From: Asterias rubens
Lineage: Eukaryota
DNA: 64,000 bases
Assembly (NCBI RefSeq): GCF_902459465.1
Contig: NC_047072.1
Coordinates: 6,138,001-6,202,000 of the forward strand
Direction of reading: 5' to 3'
Below, piece after piece: positions 22,701 through 36,200 of this stretch (positions are counted from its first letter, which is position 1; each line of letters starts with the position of its first letter). Position numbers and translations under genes: made by a program. Under the pieces are notes generated by a model. That model did not search any database, was not told the DNA's origin, and was given only the letters and a program-made list of their open reading frames with translations.

Positions 22701-24010
22701 TTGCGGCTTCTGCCTTGGCTCTGTGGGCTTCTTCCTTCTCTTTTCTCTTTCTGTCCTTCTTCTCTTCTTTAGTCTCCACACGGGTTGGAGGGGGTGTGTC
22801 TTTTGGATCCTGCGCAATCGTGAGTAAAATTCAGACTCCGTAAAAATTAGAACAAGTGTTCACATTCACAACTTAGAATCAAGCTTACTGATACTGTCAG
22901 TAAGTTGAATACATTTGGGGTACGTCACAACTCTATAAACCAAGCGCAACCATGTTTGTGTGCACTCCTTTTCAAATGCTTTATTGTAGAAAACTAGTTT
23001 TGCTGATCCAACTATTTGCCGTCATTAGCTTTGACCCAAGACGTCCGTGATCAATTTAAACGAAGCACAGCACATAATACACTATCGATATCGATCATTG
23101 ACATCTTTATGCCAAGACTATTCCATAAGCAGGAAAGCGCCTTCTGTTGTACAAGCTGTGTAAAAAAGCAAGATGGCGGCCGACTGCTTCGCTGACTAGA
23201 AATAATTTTGTTCACGAGAAAAAAAATTAAAAAGTATGAAAATTCTCTTAAATAAAGGAGTCAGTTAACTCTTTACAGTAATAAACATAGTTCTATGCCT
23301 TTTTCGTGGATTTTAAATGTATTGGAGGAGTTGACGGCGAGTTGACGGCACCAAGAGAGTTGATGGCAAGTAGTAGGTCGAGTTGTCTGACATCCATTCT
23401 TGCTGATGATGTAACTAAAGCGTTCATTCACCTTTATTACATTTAAATTTCCTTTTAAATAATTGTCAGTCAGTCGCTGACATTGGCTAACAAAAACGTG
23501 TTTTGAATCAGTTGAGGAGAAAAAGACAACTTCATAAAAATGCTGAAAAACTTTTAAATAAAACTAAACATTCATTTAACATTTAATTCAACCACTGATT
23601 TTGTAAACGAATATAATAACAAAACTTTGTACAAAAAATGATGGCTCCGATGTTCACAAATGGCTCCAAATGAAATGAGCCAGTAACTGCACCAACTGAA
23701 GGAGTTGGAATCCATTGACCAGAATCCATTTTTCCAGCAGTGAATAAAACTGAAAATATAATTTACTCAATTGAGAATATGATTAAAATTCCTTTTGTTA
23801 ATCAAGTGAGAGAGTGGTGGCAGGAAAACTTGCACCTTTGTACTGTTAAACTACCCTTCAACTCACCTCAAATAGACGAACATACTCCGACATTCCCATG
23901 TAGCCATCGTCTTTTTTCTCGTGCCGTAGTTTGTCGTTCGGCGGCATGAACCGCAACGGGTCGCGTGGGGCAAACAACGCCAACAAATTTGGTGGTAAAT
24001 ACTGCGTCAT
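7789..24010 (-). CDS. SNRNP70: U1 small nuclear ribonucleoprotein 70 kDa, about 480 aa; coding exons 24010-23867, 22809-22692, 21498-21440, 20470-20408, 19490-19409, 11279-11178, 10151-10061, 8572-7789
   Basis: Begins [21 protein letters not shown] motifs [22 protein letters not shown] and [17 protein letters not shown], then [18 protein letters not shown], an RD-rich tail and terminal NGY. All introns are GT-AG with consistent phases; total 1443 nt. Confidence 0.97.
9021..9316. mobile_element. MITE with about 38-bp terminal inverted repeats carrying AGAGGGCGC (CTCF-like) motifs
   Basis: Left gcatagagttatatatataagaactagagggcgcactgg, right ccagtgcgccctctagttcttatatataactctatgc. Confidence 0.8.
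12677..12748. repeat. Tandem repeat, 20-bp unit TGCTGAGCAAAGACGAACCA, about 3.5 copies
   Basis: Read directly. Confidence 0.9.
14112..14167 (-). other. Candidate start of a premature-stop (poison) alternative exon of snRNP70
   Basis: Strong acceptor tttgtgtctttggttttttcttattcag with AG at 14169-14168. Joined to the exon ending at 19409 it reads [18 protein letters not shown]-stop (TAA 14114-14112). Its use is inferred, not shown. Confidence 0.45.
17532..18934. mobile_element. 1.4-kb non-autonomous DNA transposon with 38-bp TIRs; superfamily undetermined
   Basis: atatgtgacccgctctgacggaatgaggaatgtctagt at the left and its near-perfect reverse complement (3 mismatches) at the right; no transposase ORF in the track. 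Confidence 0.8.
21767..22145. mobile_element. Palindromic TTAA-flanked MITE (AGGAACA(C/T)GTTGCC termini), Kolobok/T2-like; other copies at 51978-52359 and 61896-63362
   Basis: TTAA on both sides, AG...CT termini, the whole element is an imperfect inverted repeat; three copies in the window. Confidence 0.8.
23169..23180 (+). promoter_or_regulatory. YY1 consensus site CAAGATGGCGGC in the first coding intron of snRNP70
   Basis: Exact match to the established YY1 motif, about 0.8 kb from the start codon. Confidence 0.5.
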
Positions 24011-27000
24011 TTTTCAATATTTTTCGTCAGAATGGACAAAAAAAATGACTGCAAAATAATCCTTACCTTTTCCTGACACTACAAAGTTACTTTAAATTTC
24101 ATTATTTACGGAATAAAATACCAACTTGTTATTTTAAAGTCATTTTCATTTAATGATTCTCTGCGGTCCTTTCTCCACTCAAAAGAGACGTGTGTAGTGT
24201 GTGGATGCGTGCAACAACCTCGTGCAAATTTTGTTTATAGATGTACAGTACAATCTACATAGTTGAACAAGAGAACGAGCGAAAGTGTAGATGTCGAGAT
24301 CGAGGTGTTGTAAAGTATGAACCACAAGAGGGCACTGTTTACTATTTCCACGCGAACTTTCCTTTTTTTCACAAGAGGGCGATATTTAATACATTTGTAT
24401 TGCCACACAACTTTCTTTTTTTTTCCACAATAAATAAAAGCTATGAAGGATGAAAAGCTTTGTAAACTTTTTATTATTGGCCAAATATTGCACTAAACTC
24501 TGTCTAACGCAAACAGCAGCCAGAGAAGTAACGATGTAAACAAAATTTGCGAAACCTTCCTTGAGGCTCTTCCTATAGTATTCGTGTGGGCCTGTTCCTG
24601 GGGTCTGTTGTACATTATTCCCTGGGTTTCTTCCAGTTGACTCTTCCTCCCCAGGTATCACGGGGTGGGGGTTAATTATGTTCAACCCCACCCGGGGTAT
24701 CTCCCTTGAAGATGAGGCTCTCCTTAGGTGGTCTCCGTGGGTATGACGTGTAAGGGACAGAATGCCTGGGGTGCTCGTAGGTTTTTCCGCAGGGGAGGCG
24801 GGGGAGGCCGGTTCTTAAAAATAAATGAGTTATTCCTGGGGTGGAAAGTTTGCCTATAGGGGCCCTCTGTCAAAATATTCTTCATTGGTCACAAAAAATA
24901 ATAATGCCAAATCTTATTTTGTGCTGATTAATAAGATTTCCATTCCTATGTAACAATATAACCACTAATTAATATTGTAATTTATTTATTAGCATATTAA
25001 CAGCACAATTAGTGCCAAGAAGAGGATATGACACGATGATGAAAAATGTTAATTTTTAGATGTGGAAGGGAAAAACTCCCAATGGGGAAAACACACACAT
25101 TCAAGTATGAGCTTGAATCCCAATCCACATAGGTCTGAGTTGAGATGCGAACTAGGGTCCAGAGAGAGGTGCAAAGGCAGGAAAAGGAACTGTGGGCCAA
25201 CCTTGGAGTCATACACAATTAATACAAACACCCAAGTACACCACTTTGACAAAATACAACCAGATTGTTTTATCAACAGTAAGCTTTATTGTGCATTGGC
25301 AACATTTACTGCAACAAAATAATAGTATAATAGTAAGTCCATTGTACCTTTGATCACAGCATCAATCATGTATGTGTAGCAAGATCTAGTGCAATAATCA
25401 AGTGTTTAACAGCATGTCTGTATAACCCAGCCGTTTGTTTTTGTTTGTAGACTTTTTAGTTATTCCAGTTCAATCCCAAGTTTTAAGAATTGTATCTTTG
25501 GACTGGACCTAAGTTTGAAACAGAACCGTGTAAAGTTTAGTTCTCATCCCAAATTTATAATAAGCACAACTTGCTGAGCACAATCAAATGTTGCTTAGTT
25601 GAAACAGTTTATCAGTCCACTTTCAAAAAGTTTACATTGTTGCCACTGGTTCCCACATCATTCAATGCTTGGCAAAGGATTTTGTTAATCAGTATTTTCT
25701 GCTAAGCAGCTTTATATATGGTGGCATAAATTTAACAAGTTTTTAGAATACTGTCTGAATCTGAATTATTTAGTCGGCAAATCATCTTATAGAATACAAA
25801 CATCACATACACTTTTTACAGGTAAAGTATACCCTTTGGTTTGGGAACCATTTTGATTGTTGTAATCCTACATAAATAGTATAAAATAAAACTAGATATG
25901 AAAATTAACATTTTTGAGATTTTTCAGAAAATCTTGAGCAAAGTCGATGAAGACTTCAGCTTCAGACAATGGAAAAAATATCCCTAATAGGACAAAACAA
26001 TGTGTGCATTAATTTTGATCACATCACATTCATGACATATTATTATAAAACAATTGAAATGTCAGTTGTGTTCCACAGATGAGATTGGATGAAAGTGGCT
26101 TTTGAGTTGGGTCCCTCTTTTCTGGGACAAGAATGTTTGCAAATTTAGGAGGTTTACTAACAAGCTAGACTTTGTGCATCAATAGAAAAACAACAGTACA
26201 GGTTTGGTCACAACGTGGACTATTTCTTCCTCCCTTTGGTCATTGCTTCATCTCTCAAGAAAATTTGAAGGCTCAAAGGAAGTTTTAAGAAAATCCATTA
26301 ATCAGGACAAATCCAAAGCAATAAATAATGACAGGGCCTAATCTCTTAACAATTTTCTGCTAAGCAGAAATGAGCAGGGTAACAGTCACAAATTGTACAT
26401 GTGGCATTGTAGTTTGGCTGGTAACCTTATTCTGGTAAGCAACATTTGATTGTGCTTAACTATATTTTGTGATTAAGCAGCTCTACAGTGCAAGCAAAAA
26501 CGGCCACAGACATTTAAATGGTGTTACAATCAAGCTACATTTATCTTGTTGAAGTCCCTATGTAACCTTTGAACCAATCAAGGCTAAAAACTTAAACTTA
26601 TAATAATTAGCTGGTGGAATGGCGAGCACATGGCATATCTCTGACAAACCGTGTGATCATTTTGAACTGATTTTATACTCGACTAATAACAAGTTTTATG
26701 TGATTGTTGCTGGGCAGGTAAAATATGATTGTTCCATAAAACAATTTCAAAAGTAAAAAGGAAAAAAAAAACAAAAAAATGTCACAATGATACAGGCATG
26801 ACTTGGGCCTTTGAAAAACAAGAAAGGAGAGTGTGTTACTGAGTACAAAGGTTGACATACATACATCTAGTGCAAGCTACCTTTTATAGACGTTTCAGGA
26901 AATTAAATATTTAATTTGCTGACTTTTTTGACGGCGAAAACATCAGAAAAATCAGATTTAGGTAAAAAGAATATCATGCCTGAGAATACATGAATGAAAT

Positions 27001-27365
27001 CACACAATATTCATTCAATGTATGTTTGTAGGTGATCGACAATTTGATGGATGCTGTACCATGGCATGAATTTTAAAACATATAATTTAAAGTAGCCACA
27101 ATTCTGTAAAAAAAAAGTCTTAGAACTTTGGTTTCTTCTAAACAATACTCATAATATTGAATATTCTTTCTTCAAAATATACAGCTATCTGTACAATGAA
27201 ATCTACAATGTGCCTTTTTTCGTACTTGACATTTAACACATTTAACAAACATTAATAATCTTCTATCAAAAATATGATTTTCAGAAACTACATTGAAAGC
27301 GAATACTGATAACGTACAGCAGTTTCATGTTGACAAGTAGGCTACAGAGACACACAATAGCTAAA

Positions 27366-27602
27366 AATATGGAAAGGTTTGCGGTAACACCATGTAATAA
27401 CTATCTTTAATGAGTAGGGGTGGTTCTGAAAAGAACCGTGGGTTTAACTCGTCGTTTCGATCAGTATGCTCTGATCTTCTTCCGCTTTCTCCAGAAGACG
27501 ATCAGAGCATACTGATCGAAGCGTCGAGTTAAACCAACGGATCTTTTCAGAACCACCCCAGAGATAGTTATTACATGGTGTTACCGCAAACCTTTCCATA
27601 TT
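27366..27602. mobile_element. Fold-back (inverted) repeat resembling paired Penelope-like pseudo-LTRs, with degenerate minimal hammerhead motifs; partial copies near 20960-21320 and 50850-50930
   Basis: Near-perfect 237-bp palindrome. Each arm has an xxGAAGA-N-GATCAG-loop-CTGATC-GAA(A/G)C-G(T/A)C-GAG motif. Confidence 0.55.
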
Positions 27603-30127
27603 GTATTTCCACCATGCAAAGTTTCAAATCCTAATTAGCTACAAATAAATAGTCAAACTGAACAACAAAGAACTCTATCAGATTTCTTGATTACATTTGT
27701 AGTAAGGCATGAGCTAAATTAATTTTTTGTATTATGCCTTGATCTTGGGTTTTAAAGGCACTGGAAACCTTTGTAATTGTCAAAGATCAGTATTCTCACT
27801 TGGTGTATCTCAATATATGCAGAAAAATAAAATAACAAATCTGTGAAAATTTGGGCTCAAATGGTCATTGAAGTTGCAAGAAAATAATGAAAGAAAAAAC
27901 AACCTTGTTGCCCACTTGTATAAACTTTCAGATGCCTGAAAAAAACTTCAGGCCTGAAGTCTTTTTGCAGATTCAAATGAAGTCGTTTCTCACAATGTTT
28001 TATACCACCAACCATGTCAACAGCTATCTGTTGCTTGTTATCAAGTAAATAAGTTTTTTAGCTAAAAGTGTCCAGTGCCTAAAGCGGTATGGCATATGGC
28101 CCAGTATCCTTACTGTGCAAGTCTTGTGCATATATTTAAAGTTCTGGGACTAACTTGGTCTAGAACAAATGAGTTGACTAAATTCTATATCTTCAACTTT
28201 TTGTTTACCATAATAAAAAGTTAAATAATATTTTGGAAAAATAAAATGCATTCATGAAGTTTATGAAAGTTAAATACATTTTAAACAATTCAGCACAGTT
28301 AACCACATTTAGAAACCTCATTACCAAGATACAAAACGATGCCCCGTGGTCATTATGTCTACTATCTACATAAGACATCATGAATACCGATATACCAAGA
28401 ATAGGGGCCCGACTACTCTCCCTTCAAGCCTCTATAATGGCAACATTGGCTCTTTTTGAAACCGCTTCGCTTGCCTGTTTGAGGCACTATAATGAAAGCG
28501 CACTCTTTCTAAATTACCAACAGACCTCGAAGCCCTAGCCCCTACAGTCTGTGGTTTCAAAGAGGGCTATAAGGTTTATCGCGATTCAGAACCGCAATGC
28601 GGTATGGGTAGGCAGATGGGGCATTTGCTACTGCGGTGTATGTTGTCATGCACGACGTGCGCACACATGGCTTATATCTTTGTGTGGTTCAACAGCGCCC
28701 TCCCTTGATATTTTGCTATCCTCGAAAGGGGAAACAAAATAAGAATGCTCTCTTCTATCCATGATGATGTAGGTGTGCAATTTGTTTGTTCTCGCCAACA
28801 TACTATTACTAAAAAATCAGTGATGAAATTTCCAAGTGGTGAATACATACATGGACATAATGATTAAATGTTCTTGACGTTTGTGTGTGACTGCAAACAA
28901 AAATCACAATTTTATTATGAACAAAGGGGAAACTGACTGGTTGTGTTTTACTATTATCGGTTACAATTTTCATTAAAAATCGTTGGACTGTACACAAGTT
29001 TCAAAACAGTATCATAATATTGCACATCAAATCAAAAGTGTCTCCAGGTTTTTTTTTTGTCAAGACTGTAAAAAAAACAAAAGAGTTCCAAGTAATAAAA
29101 ACAAATGGTCAAAGTAGACACTTGGCTTGCGCGTGTACTCATAAATATTTATGTTAAAGGGTTGTTAATAAAAAATGAAATTAATTTACGGTATTTATTT
29201 ATCTTTGGTTTTTGGTCACAGCACAATGAGAAAGTGTAGATACTTTCAGTTGACAGCTCAAGATAAAGCCCAGACATATTGTTAGCCCAGCTTAACCCAG
29301 ATACACAAGCTGTAATAACACATTCTTACCCCATCTGCACCCAATTAAAGAAAACAATTCTGCTAAGAAAGGGCTGAAGGCCATGATGTATGTGTCTTAC
29401 TTAATTCTGTAGCCACAAAAACATTAGCCTTTTTGAGGTATGGTGGACAATATAGGAGTACATGCACATGGCTCTGCTTACTAAAGCAAAGAATTGGCGC
29501 TTACCAAAGCAGGGAATTCTGCGCTCTCATCAAGCGTATTTCATGGGTTAGCAGGAAATTTTGGCTTGTTCGAGGCAGACTCCACGTTACTAGACAATCT
29601 ATGCTTACACAGCGACGGCAAGCGAAGAATGGTGATCGTAAGCAAAGAATTAGGCGGTAAGCAGAGCCATGAAATTGGGCCCAGGGGTCGATTTTCACAA
29701 TGACTTACATGTAGGACTACTCCCAGCTTAGTCCTAGGAGATATTACAAAAAATGAAGGCTAGCCCTAAGTTAAGATAAGACTAGTCTTAACTCTTTGTG
29801 AAATCCACCCCTGCTCTTTTGGCTTAGAGCTAACACACAACCAGATGTAAGAAATTGCATCAAACTCCAGTGTGTGGCATGCGGTATTTGGTTATAAATA
29901 AACGCACTTGTGAAAAGATGTACATTATGTGTGTATGTATGTGTCATTGCCCGGAAAGCTGGTGGACTTTACTTGGTGCGAGACGAAGTCACATGGGAAC
30001 TATCCACAAAGTGTGGTGCAATTTTGGTTTCCTTAAAAAAGGTATAACATAAATGCTAACAATTGGTAGAAATAACATTATCTCCAACAATGAGTATTGA
30101 TTTTGTACAAACAAATAATCTCGCATT

Positions 30128-30590
30128 ATTATACACATATTGACTGGCAATGAGGTAACTAGTATACGTCTATTCCCACGAGGGACTTTGAGTGACCAGA
30201 AGAGCGACCTATTTCCCAAGGCCAAAGGCCGAGGGAAATAGGTCCCTCTTCTGGTCACTCCCCAGGTCAAAATTCCAGTTGAACCTAGTTAAACTGGGTT
30301 TAACTGGAACTAGTTGATAAACTAGTTAAACACAGTTAATACCAGTTGGTTTAATATGGAAAATGGACAGAAACCTACTGGTTTATAATTTCAACCTAGT
30401 TGAACTCAGTTAAACCTAGTCCAAACCAGTTGGTTAATATGGAAAATGGACGAGTTTGGTCACTATCCAGTTGAACCAGTTGACACCAGTTAACTAGGTT
30501 CAACTGGAATTTTGATCTGGGTCACAGGCCCGAGGGGGAATAGACGTACACTAGTTACCGAATTATGCCAGTCAATATGTGTTTTATAAC
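30128..30590. mobile_element. Nested inverted-repeat elements: a 260-bp MITE (30261-30521, TIR cccaggtcaaaattccagttgaacctagttaa) inside an older palindromic element
   Basis: Both pairs of inverted arms are visible. Confidence 0.7.
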
Positions 30591-33258
30591 ACAAATCGAA
30601 TTTACATGTCAAATATGAAACAGAAAAAGGAGTTTTTGTAGTCGTGTTCACGGTTCAAGTCAAGAGAGGGCGCTGTTACCGCGGGCACTATTTTCAAAGA
30701 CTAGTGCCCGCTCTGGTACTATTCCCGCAAAACACGCGCGCGCGACCACTAGCTTATAATTATTAGTTCATATTTGTTTCAGCCAACCAGAATACAGAAC
30801 AAGCAAGAGGTGTGTTATAATTATTAAAAGAGTGACATTGTGCAAACTTTGCCCAAAGAAGAAAGGAAAGCGCAAGTTTTGACACTTGTGTTTGTAAATT
30901 TTTACACAATTAAGAAACAAGTCCAGCGAAGTTAACTGATGAATGAATGCCCGGTTAACTCAACTTGAGTTTCACAACATACAAAGGGATGACCTACTAA
31001 TGCATAAACGATATATGATTATTTCAATATTTAGATTTTGTTTACCTGAAATCTTTAATAAATAGAAATAATTTAAACTTCAACTTAATTTCCCTTCTGT
31101 TTTGGGTGTTCCTTGATCACATATTTCAGAATTAGTTTTCTCTTCATTTCAAACAAAACCTTTCAGGTCACTTATAATCATATTTAAATTACTTCATTTA
31201 AACACACAGGGGCCAATTCTTGTGCCCTTTAAAGCATATAATCCCATAAGCCCTAGGCACAGAATTCAGCGGTAAGCACAATTATGAAATTTGGCCTTCA
31301 TAGGTGATGATACATTCGACAGCCAACGAGTACATAATTACATGTAGCTATTACGACTAATAAAATTTTGCTTGATGAACGAGAGTTTTTCGACAATTTA
31401 CACTTGGGTCCCGATACAAAACTATTAAAGACACTGGACACTATCGGTAATTGTCAAAGACCAGTCTTCTCACTTGCTGTATCTCAACATATGCATAAAA
31501 TAACAAACCTGTGGAAATTTGAGCTCAATTGGTCATCGAAGTTGCGAGATAATAATAAAAGAAAAACACCCTTGTCACACGGAGTTGTGTGCTTTTCAGA
31601 TGTTTGATTTCGAGACCTCAAATTCTAAATCTGAGGTCTCGAAATCAAATTCGTGGAAAATTACTTCTTTTGCGAAAACTATTCCACTTCCGTTACGTGC
31701 AAGGCCTAGCAATACCCACAGGCTACAGAGGCAATGGCCACTGTCACCCTGGTCTCTGCCTTGGCGCCCCTTCAAAGGTTTCCAAATTGAAAATAGCCTT
31801 GCCCTCTCGAAGATGAAATTCATGACCAGCACAGACAATAGATTCATCACTCTGTAGGGTTACGTGCAAGGCAAGGTTACGTTTTAAAACCACATTTTGA
31901 ATATGGAAGTTGGGAATTTTAGAAAATGAAATTCTGCAATTGAGTGCATTTTTCTGCAAAGGAAATTTTTGTTACGAAGCAACAGCCCCTCCATTTACGC
32001 AGGATTGTTCTTTTGTTTACAGATTTTGTAAACCAAATTCCTTTAGTCTTTGACTTGTTATTTGGTGATGTAGTTTTTTGATATATTGTTTTAAAAAAAA
32101 CAACAACAATTTTTTCTCTACTTAACAATATCGTCAATGAAAACAAAAAAAAGCAACTGAATACTTTTTGTTGTTGATTGACACACAATTTCATTACTTA
32201 AAAGACACACACATTCACAGGCTGGTCTTCCCGATCAGTCTCGGTTCACACTTGTTTTAAAATAAAGGTCAAATTCACGAACTCAAAACCAACGCTCAGC
32301 GTTTTGGACGGGACCATTCCCCACACCCATTGGGAATGTTCAGCACTTTGCAAATAAATCATTGTTGACTTTGTTAGGTTTCGGCCGTCAATTTCACAAA
32401 ACTCTTCCTAACTTAGGATTAATCTTAGGACTTAGGACGAGTCCCAACCCTGCACTGTAGCATGCAGACCTTAAGATTAATCCTAAGTTAGGAAGAGTTA
32501 CTCGTCCTAACTCGAGATAAGACGAGTCCTAACTCTTTGTGAAATCGACAGCAGGCATGCTTGGCCCCATGGCCAGCATGGTAAGTATGGCTGTGTGCAT
32601 TGCTACACATTAAAACTCATCCAAATCAACACCAATCTGAGAAAGAAAAAACAGATTTGGAGAATTTGGGGCAGTTAGGGTTTAAGATTTCTACCAAAGC
32701 TCATTTCCTCCTTTAGAAAATAAAATGTCTACTACTTTACAAGCTGCCACTGAAGATGGGATAAAGTAACAAAATTTAAATGCACTTGGTTCCTTTGAAT
32801 AAAAGTTAGATTTTCAATATCACTTGTAAGCTTCAACCAGGGGTAGTTTAAAAACAAGGTTGTGAACTTGGCAATAGGCAAGATAGGCAGAACAGGGTAA
32901 GAGGTGGGCTTTATAACTAGCATACCAGGGGCAAAATTTCATAGAGCTGCTTAAGCAAAAAATTTGGCGAAGCACGAAAATAGGTTGCATATTTTACACA
33001 TGTTACTGGCCAAAATTTCATGCCAATATACATGTACGTTGCTTGTGACTGGTATTGAGCTATTGTGTACTTAGCATTTAGTGGAGTCTTGGCCGGTAAT
33101 CTGATTTTACTAAGCATGGATTATTTTGCTTTAAGCAGAATTTTGTGCTTAATCAGCTCTATTTGGGCCCTGGTCAGAAACCTTGTAGTTTATTCTGGAA
33201 TTAAACTGTGGTGCTGTAATAAACTTCCTACATTTTGTTACCCAAAGGCTGCGTTTAA

Positions 33259-36200
33259 TCAGATATGATTTAAACACTGCCGTTTGCTCTCCGGTTCCTT
33301 TGAGTCTTCGTCCTCAGACTCAATGACCAGAGCATGCGACTCGCCTGTTTGAGGTGAAGGCTGCTCGTCCTCATACCCTTCCTCTTTCCCGGCCTGATTC
33401 CTACAGCTTCTCTGAGTGTTGGAGGAGGTGGAGGAACAGTAGCTGGGCGAGGAGTAACCATCGGTCAACTCCGGAAGCTTATCCATGTGATTTGGCTCTG
33501 TGTACCGAAGCCTGCTCAGGCTTTGGCAGCGGCGCAGATCATCCTGGAGGCTTGGAGCTCTCCCGACCTCCGTGAGGTTCAGAGCTGACTGTGAGAGGCG
33601 TTTCGTTAAGTGGCAGCGCAGGGCTTCACGTACCTTGGCGGAAGACTCGCCGCTGAGATGTGTATGCTCATCGGATCTCAAGCTGCTTTCTCGGTGGGTA
33701 CTGATGTTGTTGCTGCTTTGACTGTGGCAGTCTGGATCTCTCTCCATCCTGGGGACTCTGTGAACTGATTTGGAAGTGGATTCTTCTGACGGCCTGGCAA
33801 GGCTTAGGTCCATGCTGGCACTACGCTGCAGCATCTTGTACTTAAATAAGGGCTGCCAGGCCTTATGTCGTCGGTCGGTATAGCTGGATGGTTCATTTGT
33901 CCTGGCGTAGTTCATTGAATCCCCTTGTTGCAAAAGTCCTTGGAAATGTTTACTCCCCGTGGTAGTGCTCAGCAGATTGGGTTCAGCTTGTTTATGCAGT
34001 AACGATTCATTAAATAGTGTATGAGGATATCTACTAAAGTCTAGGCTGCTGGACGTAACCCCTGGAGTTTGAGTTGATGAACTGCTTGCTGTATTTTCTT
34101 CAAAACCTGGAGAGGTGCACGTGCTTGAGTTTGCCTTATTTGGGCTACGTCTACCAGCAGCCATGGCGGCTCTCATGGCATGAAATTTGTCTACTGGCAC
34201 TGGGATCGGTATAGGTATGGGAAAAGGTACAGGAATAAAAATGGGTTGAGGTACCATAACTGTTACAGGTGGCAGAAGGTGACTCGAGCTAGCTCTTGGG
34301 GGCTGGGAGCTTTCATATGAGTTCAGGTCAGGGAGTTTCTGAGGAAATACTGATGATGAAGTTGTTGAAGCTGAGGGCTTAACATATGAGGGCGAGGTGA
34401 CTGGAAGGCCAAGTTGTGGTACCTGGGACACTGGGTGCTGCTGGCGCGGAATGGCGTACCCTGGAACTTGTCTCACCACCGGAGGCCAGTGTGTGCCCCT
34501 GACCACTACCGGTGGGCGGGCAACAAGTTGTGAATTTCCAACCCCTGGTTGAAACATAGTTTGTAGTCCATACACCTGCCCTGCTGGGGGGTTGGACGGG
34601 GACACCCTGCTGGAAAAAGCATTTGGTGAGGTTGCTGTCAGAGTGCCACCTTTCTGGCGTGGACTGGCTGATGTAACCTTTGGAGCTATAGCAACATGTT
34701 GCACCCCGATTATAGTTCGGTTAGAATGCTGTTTTGATTTGGTAGTTTGGATAAAAGCCATGGGCAGCTGCTTCTCCGATCCTGCAGCAGCGGGTTGAAG
34801 TCCGTTTCCGAGAGAGTGTGATTGTGGACTGCTGTCTACTGCCACACTCAGCAGCATATTCCCTTCACCTCGTTCAGCTCCTCTCTCAATCTCATCTGAG
34901 CTGTTCCCTGCCGCCGCACCACCCTGCTCACTACCGCCTGGGTCAGCCCCAGAGCTGGACTCCATGGACGAAGACCCCAACACATGAGTCTCATGACAGA
35001 AGGCGTCCATCTTGTACTGGTTCAGACACTTCTCGCTGCAAAACTGGAGCTTTCGCTCCCCGTCTTGAAAATCGATGTACTCTTTTGTGTGGCGGATGTG
35101 GCGACACCAGTAGCACATTTTACTCCGTTTGAAGTAGGCCCTGCGACAGGCGGCAAAGCATTTCTCGCTACAGAAAGCTTTGGATTCGGTGGCAGTGTTG
35201 AGCGTGTAACGTTTAAAGCCAAAATGTTGACACCATGCGCAAACAATCTCAAATTCCGATGCTGTATTTTCTGCAAAGCACGAAAGAAATATAAAACAAA
35301 TTATAAAATTTAGTTGTGGAAATATCTCGTATGAAATTACTTATGACAACAACAAAAACATGTTCTTTGTGTAATAAACTCGCAACAGAAAAGACATTAC
35401 AAAAGTATTAGACTCTCTACAGAAAATGGCATCAAAACAGGAATGTTAATTACATACTTACAGTATACAGAAGTTTCTTAAAGGCACTGGACATTATTGG
35501 TTATTTATTCAAAATAATTTGTAGCACAAAAACTTACTTGGTAAGTGATAAACGGCTCTCTATTAAGTAACATACTTTTTGAGAAAGAGGTAATTTCTCA
35601 CTCAAATATTAAAATACTTCATTCTGTTCAAAGCCTTTTATTAGGCACCTATTAGCAAACAAATGTTTGCAGGCTAACATGGCTAAGGGTTTTTTCCTTC
35701 ATTATTCTCTTGCAACTTCGATGACCAATTGAGTCAAAATTTTCACAGATTTGTTATTTTATGCATAATGTATGACAATTGTTTGACAATTACCAAAGGT
35801 GTCCAGCCGTCGATTTCACAAAGAGTTAGGACTCGTCTTATCTCGAGTAAGGACGAGTAACTCGTCCTAACTAAGGATTAATCTTAAAGTCTGCATGCTA
35901 CAGCACAGGTTGGGACTCGTCTTAAGTCCTAAGATTAGTCTGAAGTTAGGAAGAGTTTTGTGAAATCGACGGCTGTGCCTTTAATTTGAGTTTGAACTGT
36001 GTCCAGACAGTGAATGTTGCTGATGTCTCTGGTACATGTTTCAATATATTTACCTCCATCACTGCATTCCCAGGATGTGCTTACAGCCGTGCCAGAGTTG
36101 TTACTATGGTCGTCCAAAGTGGGTGAGTTGGGTCCACTGTACTGGTTGTTACTACACCCAGGGGGAGGCTTAATGTCATTTAAGCCGTCGTCCGCCTCTT

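Noticed and set aside
24241-33200. Possible divergent gene between snRNP70 and SOBP
   Set aside because: Only short ORFs without recognisable domains or consistent splice pairs were found; the region is mostly repeats. A lncRNA cannot be excluded.
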